Sequence record: MW822007.1
Direction: 5' to 3' (one strand)
Length of the DNA stretch: 64,000 nucleotides
DNA from: Escherichia phage BF15
Shown: in pieces, positions 53,812-63,532 of the stretch
How positions within the stretch are numbered: the first letter of the stretch is position 1
Layout: the number at the start of each line of letters is the position of its first letter
Notes under the pieces: model-generated
What the model saw: only the letters and a program-made list of their open reading frames with translations
What the model was told of the DNA's origin: nothing
The model's database searches: none
Translations under genes and position numbers: made by a program

Positions 53812-54591
53812 ATGGCAGTAGTAGGAATCCCTGGTTGGATTGGGACTTCAGCCGTCGCTGAAACAGGCCAACGTTGGATGACAGCAGCTTCTAGAGAATT
53901 GCGTCTTGGTAACCCATCTTGGATGTCCCAATTCGCAGGCCGCTCAAGAGAAATTATTCACACACTTGGAGCAGACCATAACTTCAATGGTCAATGGTTC
54001 CGAGATAGATGTTTTGAGGCAGGTAGTGCACCTATAGTGTTTAATATTACAGGTGATTTAGTATCATATTCTAAAGATGTTCCTTTATTTTTCATGTATG
54101 GAGATACACCGAATGAATATGTTCAGTTGAATATACACGGCGTAACGATGTATGGACGTGGCGGTAATGGCGGTAGCAATAGTCCTGGCTCAGCTGGAGG
54201 TCATTGTATTCAAAACGATATTGGTGGGAGACTAAGAATTAATAATGGTGGAGCTATTGCAGGCGGCGGTGGCGGCGGTGGCGGCGGTAACAGGGGTAGA
54301 CTAGTATTTGGTGGCGGCGGTGGTCGTCCATTTGGTGCTGGTGGGTCTTCCTCTCATATGAGTGCTGGTGCAACCGCTGGCACCATTTACGCTCCGGGTG
54401 CAGGATCTGTCGGTGAGGGGTCTCTTAGTGCATATACAGGCGGGTCTGGTGGTGAAGTAGGTTCCGCGGGAGGTAGATGTAATACTCACGGTGCCGGTAC
54501 AGAATATAACGGCGGAGCTGCTGGTTATGCTGTTATAGGGTCTGCTCCAACGTGGATAAATGTTGGAGCAATATATGGTCCAAGAGTATAA
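53812..54591 (+). CDS. 38: T2-type gp38 tail fiber adhesin with glycine-rich motifs
   Basis: 259 aa; conserved N-terminal attachment region then poly-Gly motifs ([25 protein letters not shown]) separated by variable segments. Confidence 0.85.
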   Translation: MAVVGIPGWIGTSAVAETGQRWMTAASRELRLGNPSWMSQFAGRSREIIHTLGADHNFNGQWFRDRCFEAGSAPIVFNITGDLVSYSKDVPLFFMYGDTPNEYVQLNIHGVTMYGRGGNGGSNSPGSAGGHCIQNDIGGRLRINNGGAIAGGGGGGGGGNRGRLVFGGGGGRPFGAGGSSSHMSAGATAGTIYAPGAGSVGEGSLSAYTGGSGGEVGSAGGRCNTHGAGTEYNGGAAGYAVIGSAPTWINVGAIYGPRV

Positions 54592-54621
54592 TTTGAATAA
54601 ATATCCTTAAAAGGAGGGTCT

Positions 54622-55278
54622 ATGGCAGCACCTAGAATATCATTTTCGCCCTCTGATATTCTGTTTGGTGTTCTAGATCGCTTGTTCAAAGATAACGCTA
54701 CCGGGAAAGTTCTTGCTTCCCGGGTAGCTGTCGTAATTCTTTTATTTATGATGGCGATTGTTTGGTATAGGGGAGATAGTTTCTTTGAGTACTATAAGCA
54801 ATCAAAGTATGAAACATACAGTGAAATTATTGAAAAGGAAAGAAATGCACGCTTTGAATCTGTCGCCCTGGAACAACTCCAGATAGTTCATATATCATCT
54901 GAGGCAGACTTTAGTGCGGTGTATTCTTTCCGCCCTAAAAACTTAAACTATTTTGTTGATATTATAGCATACGAAGGAAAATTACCTTCAACAATAAGTG
55001 AAAAATCACTTGGAGGATATCCTGTTGATAAAACTATGGATGAATATACAGTTCATTTAAATGGACGTCATTATTATTCCAACTCAAAATTTGCTTTTTT
55101 ACCAACTAAAAAGCCTACTCCCGAAATAAACTACATGTACAGTTGTCCATATTTTAATTTGGATAATATCTATGCTGGAACGATAACCATGTACTGGTAT
55201 AGAAATGATCATATAAGTAATGACCGCCTTGAATCAATATGTTCTCAGGCGGCCAGAATATTAGGAAGGGCTAAATAA
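54622..55278 (+). CDS. t: holin T
   Basis: 218 aa; single N-terminal transmembrane helix and large periplasmic domain; RBS AAGGAGG. Confidence 0.9.
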   Translation: MAAPRISFSPSDILFGVLDRLFKDNATGKVLASRVAVVILLFMMAIVWYRGDSFFEYYKQSKYETYSEIIEKERNARFESVALEQLQIVHISSEADFSAVYSFRPKNLNYFVDIIAYEGKLPSTISEKSLGGYPVDKTMDEYTVHLNGRHYYSNSKFAFLPTKKPTPEINYMYSCPYFNLDNIYAGTITMYWYRNDHISNDRLESICSQAARILGRAK

Positions 55279-55551
55279 TTATTTGTTTGTATACATCTCT
55301 AGATATCGATATACACCCTCAAAACCCTCGTTGAATTCGTCGATGAGGGTTTTCTTATCTTCTTGGGTTAATTCAGAAACAATTTTACGGAATGAATTCT
55401 GATTTAACTTTCTACCTTCATGCGTTACTCCAATCTCATTCAGAAATGCAATAAAATTAGCACGATTCTCAACAATATCTTCTCTGGAAAATTTAATCAA
55501 AATAGACGCAACAGTAATAATTTCACGAACTGTATCAATGTTTTTATTCAT
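55279..55551 (-). CDS. asiA: AsiA anti-sigma-70 factor
   Basis: 90 aa, same length and position as T4 AsiA. Confidence 0.9.
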   Translation of the reverse strand: MNKNIDTVREIITVASILIKFSREDIVENRANFIAFLNEIGVTHEGRKLNQNSFRKIVSELTQEDKKTLIDEFNEGFEGVYRYLEMYTNK

Positions 55552-55563
55552 TAACTATACCAC

Positions 55564-55716
55564 TCAATTAGTTGACTTTATTATAATATCATCAGACACT
55601 TGATTTGTAAACTGGTCTGTGTTATTTTCTTCAAAAATTTTTTCTACGAATTCTTTGAACGACTCACGTTCCTGAGCTACATTATGCTCGATTACCTTTT
55701 CAAGATTATGACTCAT
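55564..55716 (-). CDS. small hypothetical protein
   Basis: 50-aa ORF translated by hand; its ATG overlaps the arn stop (ATGA). Confidence 0.35.
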   Translation of the reverse strand: MSHNLEKVIEHNVAQERESFKEFVEKIFEENNTDQFTNQVSDDIIIKSTN

Positions 55717-55991
55717 TCGAAATAATCTTCAATTTCGTAATCATGGACATAAATCATTATAGCTTTTAATACATCATCAATACTTTTTCCTGGAGCTGGA
55801 ATTACGTAAAAATACCCCGCCTTTGAGTTATCTTTATAAGTTCCAACCAAGAAATCATTATTCTCAAGATGTAGTTCTTCAACTAATTCATCGACAATTG
55901 AGTGGTATAAATTTGGTAGAAACTTATATAGCTTTTCTAGAATATCAATTTTGATTGTATATTGAACCACAGATTGAGAATCAATAATCAT
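55713..55991 (-). CDS. arn: Arn anti-restriction protein (McrBC inhibitor)
   Basis: 92 aa acidic protein; length and position as T4 Arn. Confidence 0.75.
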   Translation of the reverse strand: MIIDSQSVVQYTIKIDILEKLYKFLPNLYHSIVDELVEELHLENNDFLVGTYKDNSKAGYFYVIPAPGKSIDDVLKAIMIYVHDYEIEDYFE

Positions 55992-56074
55992 AGACCTTCC
56001 CCTTATGTTTCTGTTTGCGATTAGATTCTTTAAACGCTTTCTTCTTATCTTTATGAACAGAAGCTTTATTAAAA

Positions 56075-56293
56075 TTATGTTTTGCGACTAAATTGTTCAT
56101 AGTGCTGAATTACCTCTCTTAAACATTTGCATGTGAATGAAAACTTTTTAGCTACACCACATTCAAATATATGTTCTCTTAAATCACGTGTATCAGTATA
56201 TCCCATCTCAACAATAAAATGCCGTATTAGATTTTTATCTTTATCGTTGAGGGAATTAAAATAATCGGATTTTGAATTAATTTCCCTGGCCAA
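56075..56293 (-). CDS. hypothetical protein
   Basis: 72-aa ORF. Confidence 0.4.
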   Translation of the reverse strand: MAREINSKSDYFNSLNDKDKNLIRHFIVEMGYTDTRDLREHIFECGVAKKFSFTCKCLREVIQHYEQFSRKT

Positions 56294-56573
56294 ATTGAAT
56301 CGCCTTCAGTTGACGTTTTAGTTCTTTTATCATTTCTTCGTTCATCGCAATATAAAGATCACGTAAAGCAGGTTTTAGCATTCCATTTACTGGAGAACTA
56401 AATGGACATACATAATCTTTTCCTACAAGCTTTTTAGTTAATTCCATGTCACAAAACTGAAATGCTGGTTCATTGGCATAAATTCCCCAATTGGTTGACA
56501 TCATTTTATTGGCATATTCCAATGCCTGGATTTGATTAGTAATTCCATCAATTTGAAACTTTTTAATATTCAT
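56277..56573 (-). CDS. hypothetical protein
   Basis: 98-aa ORF. Confidence 0.45.
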   Translation of the reverse strand: MNIKKFQIDGITNQIQALEYANKMMSTNWGIYANEPAFQFCDMELTKKLVGKDYVCPFSSPVNGMLKPALRDLYIAMNEEMIKELKRQLKAIQFGQGN

Positions 56574-57034
56574 TAGTAAAGGTCCTCAGAGTAAAGTTCT
56601 TTTTCACTACCACCACGTTCAATACGTACTTGTCCAGCGTAAGTTGCAATAATCATTGCTTCTTCACGTGTCCAATAATTACTATATTGGTCAATAAACC
56701 CTTGATCATCATCACAAACTTGCTGAGTAACTAATTGAGGTTTAACTACATCTAAAACTGCTGCCATATCTTTAGAATAATGACGAGCACCTGGAATAAC
56801 AAGAGTTCGTCCATCTTTTAATTTAAAACGGTTGGCTGCGCAAACAATCCGTCGTTGGTACTTTTGGTTTTCATCCCAGTATGCGGTTTGCCAACAAATT
56901 TCCGGAACTTCTGCAAGAATATCTTCTTCTGTGCATTTATAACCATGTGCTTTAAATTTTTGAACAAGACTTTCTGGAGTTTCACGAGATAAAGGAACAT
57001 TCAGCATTTTTAAACGATTAATAAATGGATTCAT
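56573..57034 (-). CDS. hypothetical protein
   Basis: 153-aa ORF. Confidence 0.45.
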   Translation of the reverse strand: MNPFINRLKMLNVPLSRETPESLVQKFKAHGYKCTEEDILAEVPEICWQTAYWDENQKYQRRIVCAANRFKLKDGRTLVIPGARHYSKDMAAVLDVVKPQLVTQQVCDDDQGFIDQYSNYWTREEAMIIATYAGQVRIERGGSEKELYSEDLY

Positions 57035-57360
57035 TTAAACCATCCTTTAATACGTTGCCACAAAGTTTTCTGTTGAGCTTTGTTAACACCAATTGAGCGA
57101 ATAACCGGTTGAGATTCCTGGAATTCTTTATAATCGGCAAGGTAAATTTCGTAAGCTGAATCTGTAAAGGAACTTATAGCTGCCATGAAATTATTGCGAA
57201 TGCCTACTGGAGCATCTTTACTTTCACGAATAATCATGTATTTACCAGTCTTAATCTTTACGATAGTTCCAAGATAAGCTCCATGATACCAGATGTCCCA
57301 CCCCTCTTGAGTGGGTTCTGCACAACGACGAAGTTCATTGACAATTTCTAACTTGTTCAT
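57031..57360 (-). CDS. hypothetical protein (motA.1 position)
   Basis: 109-aa ORF. Confidence 0.45.
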   Translation of the reverse strand: MNKLEIVNELRRCAEPTQEGWDIWYHGAYLGTIVKIKTGKYMIIRESKDAPVGIRNNFMAAISSFTDSAYEIYLADYKEFQESQPVIRSIGVNKAQQKTLWQRIKGWFK

Positions 57361-57370
57361 TATTTATTCC

Positions 57371-58006
57371 TCATAGTTCAGATGCTACAGTGATTACAGC
57401 TTCAATGTTTTCTGCTGAGCGTTTAATGTCAAGATACACATTACCGTTTTTAGCGATTTTACATGACATTCCGATGTCAGTAAATTTCTGAATATGATGT
57501 TCCATCATTTTGTATCCAAAAATTCGCATATTTCCATTGTTGTTAATTTCAAAATTACGAATTCCGTGAGTGCGTTTTTCTAAAATAGCGAGATAGTTAC
57601 TGCGATAAGTTTCAACCTTTTTAAGAACAAATCCATTTTCATCTAAAAGTTTTAACATGAAGTCTTTATCTTCTTCCATATCAGAAGTAATCTCACGAGC
57701 TTTACGAGTTGCTCGTTTTTTCAGCAGTTCCGGAGCGTTTTCCTGTGCGTATAAAGTTGCTGCATTTGAAATAATATCCTGAGCTTCACCAGTAATGATT
57801 AATCCATCACCAGATTTCTCCACCAGGCCTTTTTTAATCAATACCCCAATATTACTATTAACTACTGCGTTACCTAAATCTGGATGCACCTCACGAACTT
57901 CTGCAGCTGTAATGAAATCTTTCTTAGCAATGGTAATTAAAATCGCAGCAGTTTTTTCATTCAGAACATCGTTAGAAGCTTTGATGATGTAAGTTACTTT
58001 AGACAT
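57371..58006 (-). CDS. motA: MotA middle-transcription activator
   Basis: 211 aa, same length and position as T4 MotA. Confidence 0.9.
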   Translation of the reverse strand: MSKVTYIIKASNDVLNEKTAAILITIAKKDFITAAEVREVHPDLGNAVVNSNIGVLIKKGLVEKSGDGLIITGEAQDIISNAATLYAQENAPELLKKRATRKAREITSDMEEDKDFMLKLLDENGFVLKKVETYRSNYLAILEKRTHGIRNFEINNNGNMRIFGYKMMEHHIQKFTDIGMSCKIAKNGNVYLDIKRSAENIEAVITVASEL

Positions 58007-58038
58007 TTTCTAATCTCCGTAATTCTGTATCAGTAGTT

Positions 58039-58100
58039 GATAGTTGTATAGTACCACAGTATGCTTTGGTTGTAAACCGTTTTGTGAAAAAATTTTAAAA
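58039..58100 (-). promoter_or_regulatory. early promoter for motA (conserved family)
   Basis: Minus strand AAAATTTTTTCACAAAACG-GTTTAC-18 nt-TACTATACAACTATCAACTAC. Confidence 0.55.
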
Positions 58101-58126
58101 TAAAAAGGGAGAGCCGAGGCTCTCCC
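58095..58126 (-). terminator. rho-independent terminator
   Basis: GGGAGAGCC…GGCTCTCCC hairpin on the minus strand followed by TTTTTATTTT. Confidence 0.6.
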
Positions 58127-58131
58127 TAAAA

Positions 58132-58281
58132 TTACTGCATGACTGTGATAACTGTCATGATAACACGTTGAATGCCGAACGCAAGAAGACCTCCTGCTAC
58201 GGCTGGAACAACACCTAACCCCGCCAGTAAAATGCTACCAGATACTAACGCCGCGCTTGTAATACCAATGAATGGACTCAT
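58132..58281 (-). CDS. small hydrophobic membrane peptide
   Basis: 49-aa ORF translated by hand (MSPFIGITSAALVSGSILLAGLGVV…); ATG overlaps the gene 52 stop (ATGA). Confidence 0.4.
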   Translation of the reverse strand: MSPFIGITSAALVSGSILLAGLGVVPAVAGGLLAFGIQRVIMTVITVMQ

Positions 58282-59606
58282 TTGATTTCCTCTAAATCTT
58301 TGGTGTATTCGGTAACTACATCAGTAGTTTTCCAATATTCGTTTTCTTCTTTCTTAGCTTTAGCTTCTTCAGCAAGTTTCTTTGCTTCGTCGGAAGTCAT
58401 ATGAAAAATATTCATTCCGACTAGTTTATCGACATAAGAAGAATACATCTCAATTTTAGAAAGTTCTTCGGTCAGTTCTTTGCGAGTTTTACCCTGCACA
58501 ACAATTTCACCTGAAATTACTTTCTTAATGAAATGTGCCTTGGCAAAGGCTAAACGAAATGCTGATTCAGTTTCTTTGATTTTGTTATCAATTCGCTTTT
58601 GGACATAAGTTTTACGAACTTCAACGAAGTCTTTAATTAAATCAACTACGTTATCGTAAACTTGTAACTTTCCTTTCTCGTTGATGACTGTAATATTTTG
58701 GGAACGACGCTCAATCAACCCAAAGTCTTTCATAATTTTTGCATGGCGTTCTTCTTCGTTATCGCTCAAAGAATATTCTTTGCGGAATTTAACTTTGAAG
58801 CCAAAACCATGCTCACCGCAAGCATCATCCCATGTAATGAAGCCCTTATCTTCAAGCGGGTCTAAGATTTTACTCACATAAGTTTCACGATCATACTTAT
58901 ACGGAATCTCAGTGATATTCATTTGAGTTCGTGAAGTAAACTTATATGTTCCACGAATTTCATATTGCCCGTCAATCTCAACGACTTCACCACGAAATTC
59001 TGGGAATTCTACCTTCGGTTTAGTTACTTTCTTTCCTTGAAGAGCTTGTAGTACAGCTTTCTTGACAGAAGAAACACTATGAGGAAGAATGTAAGTTGCA
59101 TAACCAGTTGCAATACCGGAAACACCATTAAGAAGAACAGTAGGAATAATAGGCAAATAGAAAGCAGGAGGAATGTGTTCTTTATCTTGATGTACCGGAG
59201 CATATTCAGTATCTTTATATACGTTATAGAAATTTTTACTTACACGAGCAAAAATATAACGGCTTGCCGCTGCTTTTTGAACGGTACGAGAACCAAAGTT
59301 TCCTTGACCATCTAACAAAGGAAAGTTATTATTCCAAGTGTTAGCCATCAAAGCCCCCGCATCTTGTGCAGAGTTTTCGCCATGATGATATCCAAGGTCA
59401 GCTACACCACCTGCAATAGAAGCGAGTTTGTGAAACTTATCTTTATTTCCCCGTGCCAAATCAAGAGCTCGAGCGATAACAAATCGTTGAACTGGCTTAA
59501 ATCCATCAATCATATTTGGAATAGCACGATTTTCAACCGTGTACATAGCATAAGCCAATGCTTCATTATCAATGATACTTTTTAAATCGCGATTATTCAG
59601 TTGCAT
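58278..59606 (-). CDS. 52: DNA topoisomerase II medium subunit gp52
   Basis: 442 aa, same length and position as T4 gp52. Confidence 0.9.
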   Translation of the reverse strand: MQLNNRDLKSIIDNEALAYAMYTVENRAIPNMIDGFKPVQRFVIARALDLARGNKDKFHKLASIAGGVADLGYHHGENSAQDAGALMANTWNNNFPLLDGQGNFGSRTVQKAAASRYIFARVSKNFYNVYKDTEYAPVHQDKEHIPPAFYLPIIPTVLLNGVSGIATGYATYILPHSVSSVKKAVLQALQGKKVTKPKVEFPEFRGEVVEIDGQYEIRGTYKFTSRTQMNITEIPYKYDRETYVSKILDPLEDKGFITWDDACGEHGFGFKVKFRKEYSLSDNEEERHAKIMKDFGLIERRSQNITVINEKGKLQVYDNVVDLIKDFVEVRKTYVQKRIDNKIKETESAFRLAFAKAHFIKKVISGEIVVQGKTRKELTEELSKIEMYSSYVDKLVGMNIFHMTSDEAKKLAEEAKAKKEENEYWKTTDVVTEYTKDLEEIK

Positions 59607-59610
59607 AAAT

Positions 59611-59751
59611 TTACCATACTAGTGAATGTAGTGCCATAATAACATCAGAAATGAAAAGCACGACTTGAATTAATCCGAACATTACTCCATAATATAGTGC
59701 TACCAATAAAGCAGCAAGGGCTACCGAGTAGCCCAAGATTTTCTTAATCAT
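59611..59751 (-). CDS. small hydrophobic membrane peptide
   Basis: 46-aa ORF translated by hand; start overlaps the ac stop. Confidence 0.35.
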   Translation of the reverse strand: MIKKILGYSVALAALLVALYYGVMFGLIQVVLFISDVIMALHSLVW

Positions 59752-59899
59752 TAGATAACAACGCAAATGTTAAATATGCACACATACCCTGAGCTAAAGC
59801 TTGCGAAAACACACTGCTAGCATCTATACAGATAGTTAAAACACATGCTACTATCCAACAAATAAATGAAATAACTCCTAATAATTTTGCAATATTCAT
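59744..59899 (-). CDS. ac: Ac-like small membrane protein (acridine sensitivity locus)
   Basis: 51-aa hydrophobic ORF translated by hand; size and position between stp and 52 fit T4 ac. Confidence 0.5.
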   Translation of the reverse strand: MNIAKLLGVISFICWIVACVLTICIDASSVFSQALAQGMCAYLTFALLSND

Positions 59900-59906
59900 A
59901 TTTTCC

Positions 59907-59987
59907 TCACTGGCGTCCGAAGACGCCTTTAGTTTTAAGATTATTACGATAGAACTGCATCACGTGTTCGTTGTGGAAATTACTCAT
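59907..59987 (-). CDS. stp: Stp peptide (modulator of the host EcoprrI / PrrC anticodon nuclease)
   Basis: 26-aa [29 protein letters not shown] translated by hand; ATG overlaps the ndd stop (TAATG). Confidence 0.85.
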
Positions 59988-60442
59988 TAATATGCCTGCA
60001 AAACGAATTTAAAATTATCAGCCAACATACGGTTCATTTCTTCAAGTGTTTGATACTCAGAATGATGATTACGAGTAAACGCTAAAGCTAACTGTCCTTT
60101 TCCAAATCCCGTCGTCAGAGGTTTCATCTTAGAAGCAGGCAGATAAAATACTGTGTATGGAACATTGTTATTTGCAATAGTACGTGCAAGCTGAGATCGA
60201 CGTTGACGAATATGACTTAGAACTGCACTGAATCCTTGCTTAGAACGCTGATTACCTACATAAAATCGTGCTGACACACATGGATTACTAAATGGACGAC
60301 CATCTAATTTACTTACTAAAAAGTAAAATCCAGGTTTAGATAAAATATCTTTATGCGGAGTTCCCAAAAACCACTCACCACCCTTGATTGTACCAATAAC
60401 AGTAGCGCCTGCGTTGTTCAGATCAGTAACAGTCATGTATTT
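59987..60442 (-). CDS. ndd: Ndd nucleoid disruption protein
   Basis: About 151 aa from MKYMTVTD…; the track's longer ORF has an unsupported N-terminal extension. Confidence 0.85.
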
Positions 60443-60503
60443 CATATTAATTTCCTCTAAATTATTTTCTACTCCATGGCCGCATGAATACGCGGCCATT
60501 AAA

Positions 60504-60719
60504 TTAATCGTCGCAGTCGACGCTCAATTCCCAAAACTCTTCTACGGTATAAGTTTCAGTATCATTTTCAATACAGAAACGTTCATTACTGTTATTTGCT
60601 AAAGTAGCATTAACTGTCGGTTTCTCGCTAGTGCTCTTAAGAGGTGAAATACGAATTAACTGATCACCGTTATCTAAACAGAAAATTTCACCAACTTTTA
60701 CATCTTTAAAGATTTTCAT
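60504..60719 (-). CDS. hypothetical protein (ndd.x position)
   Basis: 71-aa acidic ORF. Confidence 0.45.
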   Translation of the reverse strand: MKIFKDVKVGEIFCLDNGDQLIRISPLKSTSEKPTVNATLANNSNERFCIENDTETYTVEEFWELSVDCDD

Positions 60720-60730
60720 AATTCACCTCA

Positions 60731-60838
60731 AGGAGTATAAAATCCGAATGCAGTTGTTGACCATCCCATCCAATATGGGAAATTTGCACCAATGTAAAAC
60801 ATGAGAATATAAAACCAACCACTCAGCAAATTCATCAT
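60731..60838 (-). CDS. tiny hydrophobic peptide
   Basis: 35-aa ORF translated by hand (MMNLLSGWFYILMFYIGANFPYWMGW…); ATGA overlap with the upstream ORF. Confidence 0.3.
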
Positions 60839-61053
60839 TTTACACCATTCCAAATTGTTTCAACTACAGATTTTAAGCCATTTTGATGAATGTCCATTCC
60901 GACAACTGCCATCAAATAGATTCCAACTACAACTGAACCTAAGGCGAAAATCAGCATGAAAATGAATAAAGCCGGAAAAATATTATCGAAAAACCATTCA
61001 ATAAATGTAAAAGCACTGCGTTTACGCTTCATATTTTCCTCACATAAATCCAA
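60835..61053 (-). CDS. small membrane protein
   Basis: 72-aa ORF with a hydrophobic helix. Confidence 0.45.
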   Translation of the reverse strand: MDLCEENMKRKRSAFTFIEWFFDNIFPALFIFMLIFALGSVVVGIYLMAVVGMDIHQNGLKSVVETIWNGVK

Positions 61054-61153
61054 AGTAAGCGTTTAATACATCAATCATTAAAACGATTGGGAATATACTC
61101 AAAACTACTAGTATTATAACTACATTCCATATAGCTTTAACAATCTTTTTCAT
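61040..61153 (-). CDS. small membrane peptide
   Basis: About 37 aa from MKKIVKAIWNVVIILVVL…; the longer track ORF would run through the early promoter. Confidence 0.35.
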   Translation of the reverse strand: MKKIVKAIWNVVIILVVLSIFPIVLMIDVLNAYFGFM

Positions 61154-61159
61154 TTTCTG

Positions 61160-61205
61160 TTCCTCCGTAGTTGATAGGGTAATAGTACCACGGAAGAACA
61201 GTCTT
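61160..61205 (-). promoter_or_regulatory. early promoter
   Basis: Minus strand GTTTAC then TGGTACTATTACCCTATCAACTAC, related to the conserved family. Confidence 0.4.
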
Positions 61206-61433
61206 GTAAACAACTTTTTTAAAAATATTCGTAATAAATGTGAATACCAACTACTACCGCTGAAACCTGTGCAACCCACCACGCGCAAGCAATAAGTACA
61301 GAATTCATAATTTTCATAATAACCTCATTACAAAAGTAAATGTTAAACAAATTACTGGAATACTAATTAACCAAACAAAACACCACCATAGTGAACTCAT
61401 AGTTCAATCTCAACCATTTTCATTTCATTTTAC

Positions 61434-61652
61434 TCAATAATCCGCTAAAAGATCAACGATTGCATCACGAAGACACTTATTCGCAATACGTTTAAGAGCG
61501 ATTTCAGCTTCTGGAGCATTTTGAATAATCATTGAATTCAATTCAGCTTCAGCAAACTGAAGTTCTTTAACTAATTCAGCTTTATATTTTCCTTGCCCTT
61601 TCTTAGCTTTTGCTCGTTTTAGTTCAGCTGTAGTAAACATTTTATTCTCCAA
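61434..61652 (-). CDS. hypothetical protein
   Basis: 72-aa helical ORF downstream of an early promoter. Confidence 0.45.
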   Translation of the reverse strand: MENKMFTTAELKRAKAKKGQGKYKAELVKELQFAEAELNSMIIQNAPEAEIALKRIANKCLRDAIVDLLADY

Positions 61653-61675
61653 ATCCGTATCAGTTGATAGTTGTA

Positions 61676-61720
61676 TAGTACCACAGTCCTTGTGGTATGT
61701 AAACCGTTTTGTGAATTTTT
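61676..61720 (-). promoter_or_regulatory. early promoter (conserved family)
   Basis: GATAGTTGTATAGTACCACAG…GTAAAC on the forward strand, i.e. GTTTAC…TACTATACAACTATC on minus. Confidence 0.5.
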
Positions 61721-62277
61721 TAAATGGAAAGATACCATCCGTTGTAGTTGCTTTTTCTTACAACCTTACGAAGGTCTTCTCTGTCACCGATGAACTTCGG
61801 AGTGTACTGGATGACACCTGGATGAATTTCTTTAGTGTTGAATATAATTATACAGTCAGCGACTTGATGATTTAGAATGGGCCCTAGATTTATTCCAGAA
61901 CCATATGGATACTCTCCGCTGCATCCTGTTGTTACCGAAATCCAACGTGAGTCAGTTTGATGTGTCTTAACTTCTACACGAAGCCCACAGTATTTTGGAT
62001 GTGCTAAAACATCCCATGCATATGTGTACGGATCATCGACATCTTCTTGGCCTTTATTGACATATCCGCTTAGCCAATCTGCCACAAAAAACTCTGCGTA
62101 CACAGCGATACGGCATCTTTCGATAACTTCTGCTTTATCCTGGTTCGGGTTTTGTTTTAAAGAGTATCTTGCTGTATCAGCAATTTTGACCTTCATTTCA
62201 CTAGTCAAGTCACTGTTCGATAGGGTAAATGTCGGAATCTGAAATAGTCTCTGTAAACCCGGATTCGTTTTCTGCAT
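61720..62277 (-). CDS. denB: endonuclease IV
   Basis: 185 aa, same length and position as T4 DenB. Confidence 0.85.
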   Translation of the reverse strand: MQKTNPGLQRLFQIPTFTLSNSDLTSEMKVKIADTARYSLKQNPNQDKAEVIERCRIAVYAEFFVADWLSGYVNKGQEDVDDPYTYAWDVLAHPKYCGLRVEVKTHQTDSRWISVTTGCSGEYPYGSGINLGPILNHQVADCIIIFNTKEIHPGVIQYTPKFIGDREDLRKVVRKSNYNGWYLSI

Positions 62278-62359
62278 TTAGACTTTCCTTTATGTCGGAA
62301 TCACTGATATTCATATAAATCATAATTTCTCTTAAAACAAAAGGGCCGAAGCCCTTATT

Positions 62360-62554
62360 TTATTTGAATTGTGCAATTCTTTTCTCTAAACAGTCAGCGT
62401 AAGATTTCATTGAGATGAACTGCGAAAGTAGCAGTTCTTGCTCAACTGCACTAACTGTTAGAAACTTTGCGCTTTCTAAAAATTTACTCAGTGCATTAAT
62501 TTTGAGCATTAATTGATCGTATTCTTCTTTTACTCGTGCTTGATAACCTAACAT
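62360..62554 (-). CDS. hypothetical protein (denB.1 position)
   Basis: 64-aa ORF flanked by AAGGGC-CGAA-GCCCTT hairpins. Confidence 0.45.
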   Translation of the reverse strand: MLGYQARVKEEYDQLMLKINALSKFLESAKFLTVSAVEQELLLSQFISMKSYADCLEKRIAQFK

Positions 62555-62582
62555 AATTTTCCTTAGTTAAGGGCCGAAGCCC

Positions 62583-63521
62583 TTATTTAAATTGTTCAGT
62601 AACGTCTTCAACTACTTCGTATTGGCAGGTACGCATTTTAGCGTCGTTGTAATCAATCGGAATTGATACTACATCGCGAGGATGTACTTTAACTTTTACA
62701 ACTCGGCTAGTTGAACTGCCAAAGTGACGAATATAAGATTTAGAACACACGTGCAGACCACGAGAACAAGTTTGTGTATCATCGTCATTCACACGAGTAC
62801 GTGGCATTTTAACTACTTTACCAGGACTGTTATCAAAGGTATTTGAGTGGCAGTCAAAGTAATTGCTGCGAACTACTTTCCAAGCATAGAAGTAACCATC
62901 TTCTGTAATTTCAATATCGTTTGCTACCAAGAAATCAAAGAGTCGAGACACCGCTTTTTGGCTTGGATTTTCCAGCAGATTTTCCAAGAACGGAAAATAA
63001 AATTCAAAGTTTTCGCCTTTTTCCATCGAATCGAGAATACGATCAACTAAACCAGACCGCAATTCAATGTTTTGATAGAACAAGCTTCCACCTTCAATTC
63101 GAACATCACCGGAAATATATTTTTCAACAGCGCGACGAACATTAATTTTTTGTGCCGCTTCTTCCAACTTATCCGCTACAAGCAGATTAAGAATTTCCTG
63201 GAAGTTTGAATGAGTATTAGGAGTTGCGTTATAAGTTACACCGTCAACAGTAATTGAAATGAATTTTTTAGATGCATTCCAAATAATGTCAGATTTAGCA
63301 ACTGGAGCAATAACTGCATCGCTATTAACTTTAACTGTAATATCACCGCTAATAGTAACTTTAGAGCGTTTAGCTTCTTCAGCATTTTTCAAAACACGAC
63401 GGATTGTGTCAACCGATACACCTTGCCAATCAGCCAATTCCTGTTGGGTGTAATTACCACTTGAATACAGCTTAACAATTTCAGCTTGTTCGTTTTTGGT
63501 CAGGCATTTAATATTGTACAT
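62583..63521 (-). CDS. rIIB: rIIB membrane-associated protein
   Basis: 312 aa, same length and position as T4 rIIB. Confidence 0.9.
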   Translation of the reverse strand: MYNIKCLTKNEQAEIVKLYSSGNYTQQELADWQGVSVDTIRRVLKNAEEAKRSKVTISGDITVKVNSDAVIAPVAKSDIIWNASKKFISITVDGVTYNATPNTHSNFQEILNLLVADKLEEAAQKINVRRAVEKYISGDVRIEGGSLFYQNIELRSGLVDRILDSMEKGENFEFYFPFLENLLENPSQKAVSRLFDFLVANDIEITEDGYFYAWKVVRSNYFDCHSNTFDNSPGKVVKMPRTRVNDDDTQTCSRGLHVCSKSYIRHFGSSTSRVVKVKVHPRDVVSIPIDYNDAKMRTCQYEVVEDVTEQFK

Positions 63522-63532
63522 AATTTTCCTTA

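Noticed and set aside
54240-54330. GGCGGCGGTGGC repeats that could look like a simple-sequence repeat
   Set aside because: They lie in frame inside gene 38 and encode the poly-glycine motifs of the adhesin; a coding feature, not an independent repeat element.
60443-60499. Longer ndd ORF (170 aa) starting at 60499
   Set aside because: The extra 19 N-terminal residues have no start context; the internal Met gives the 151-aa Ndd.
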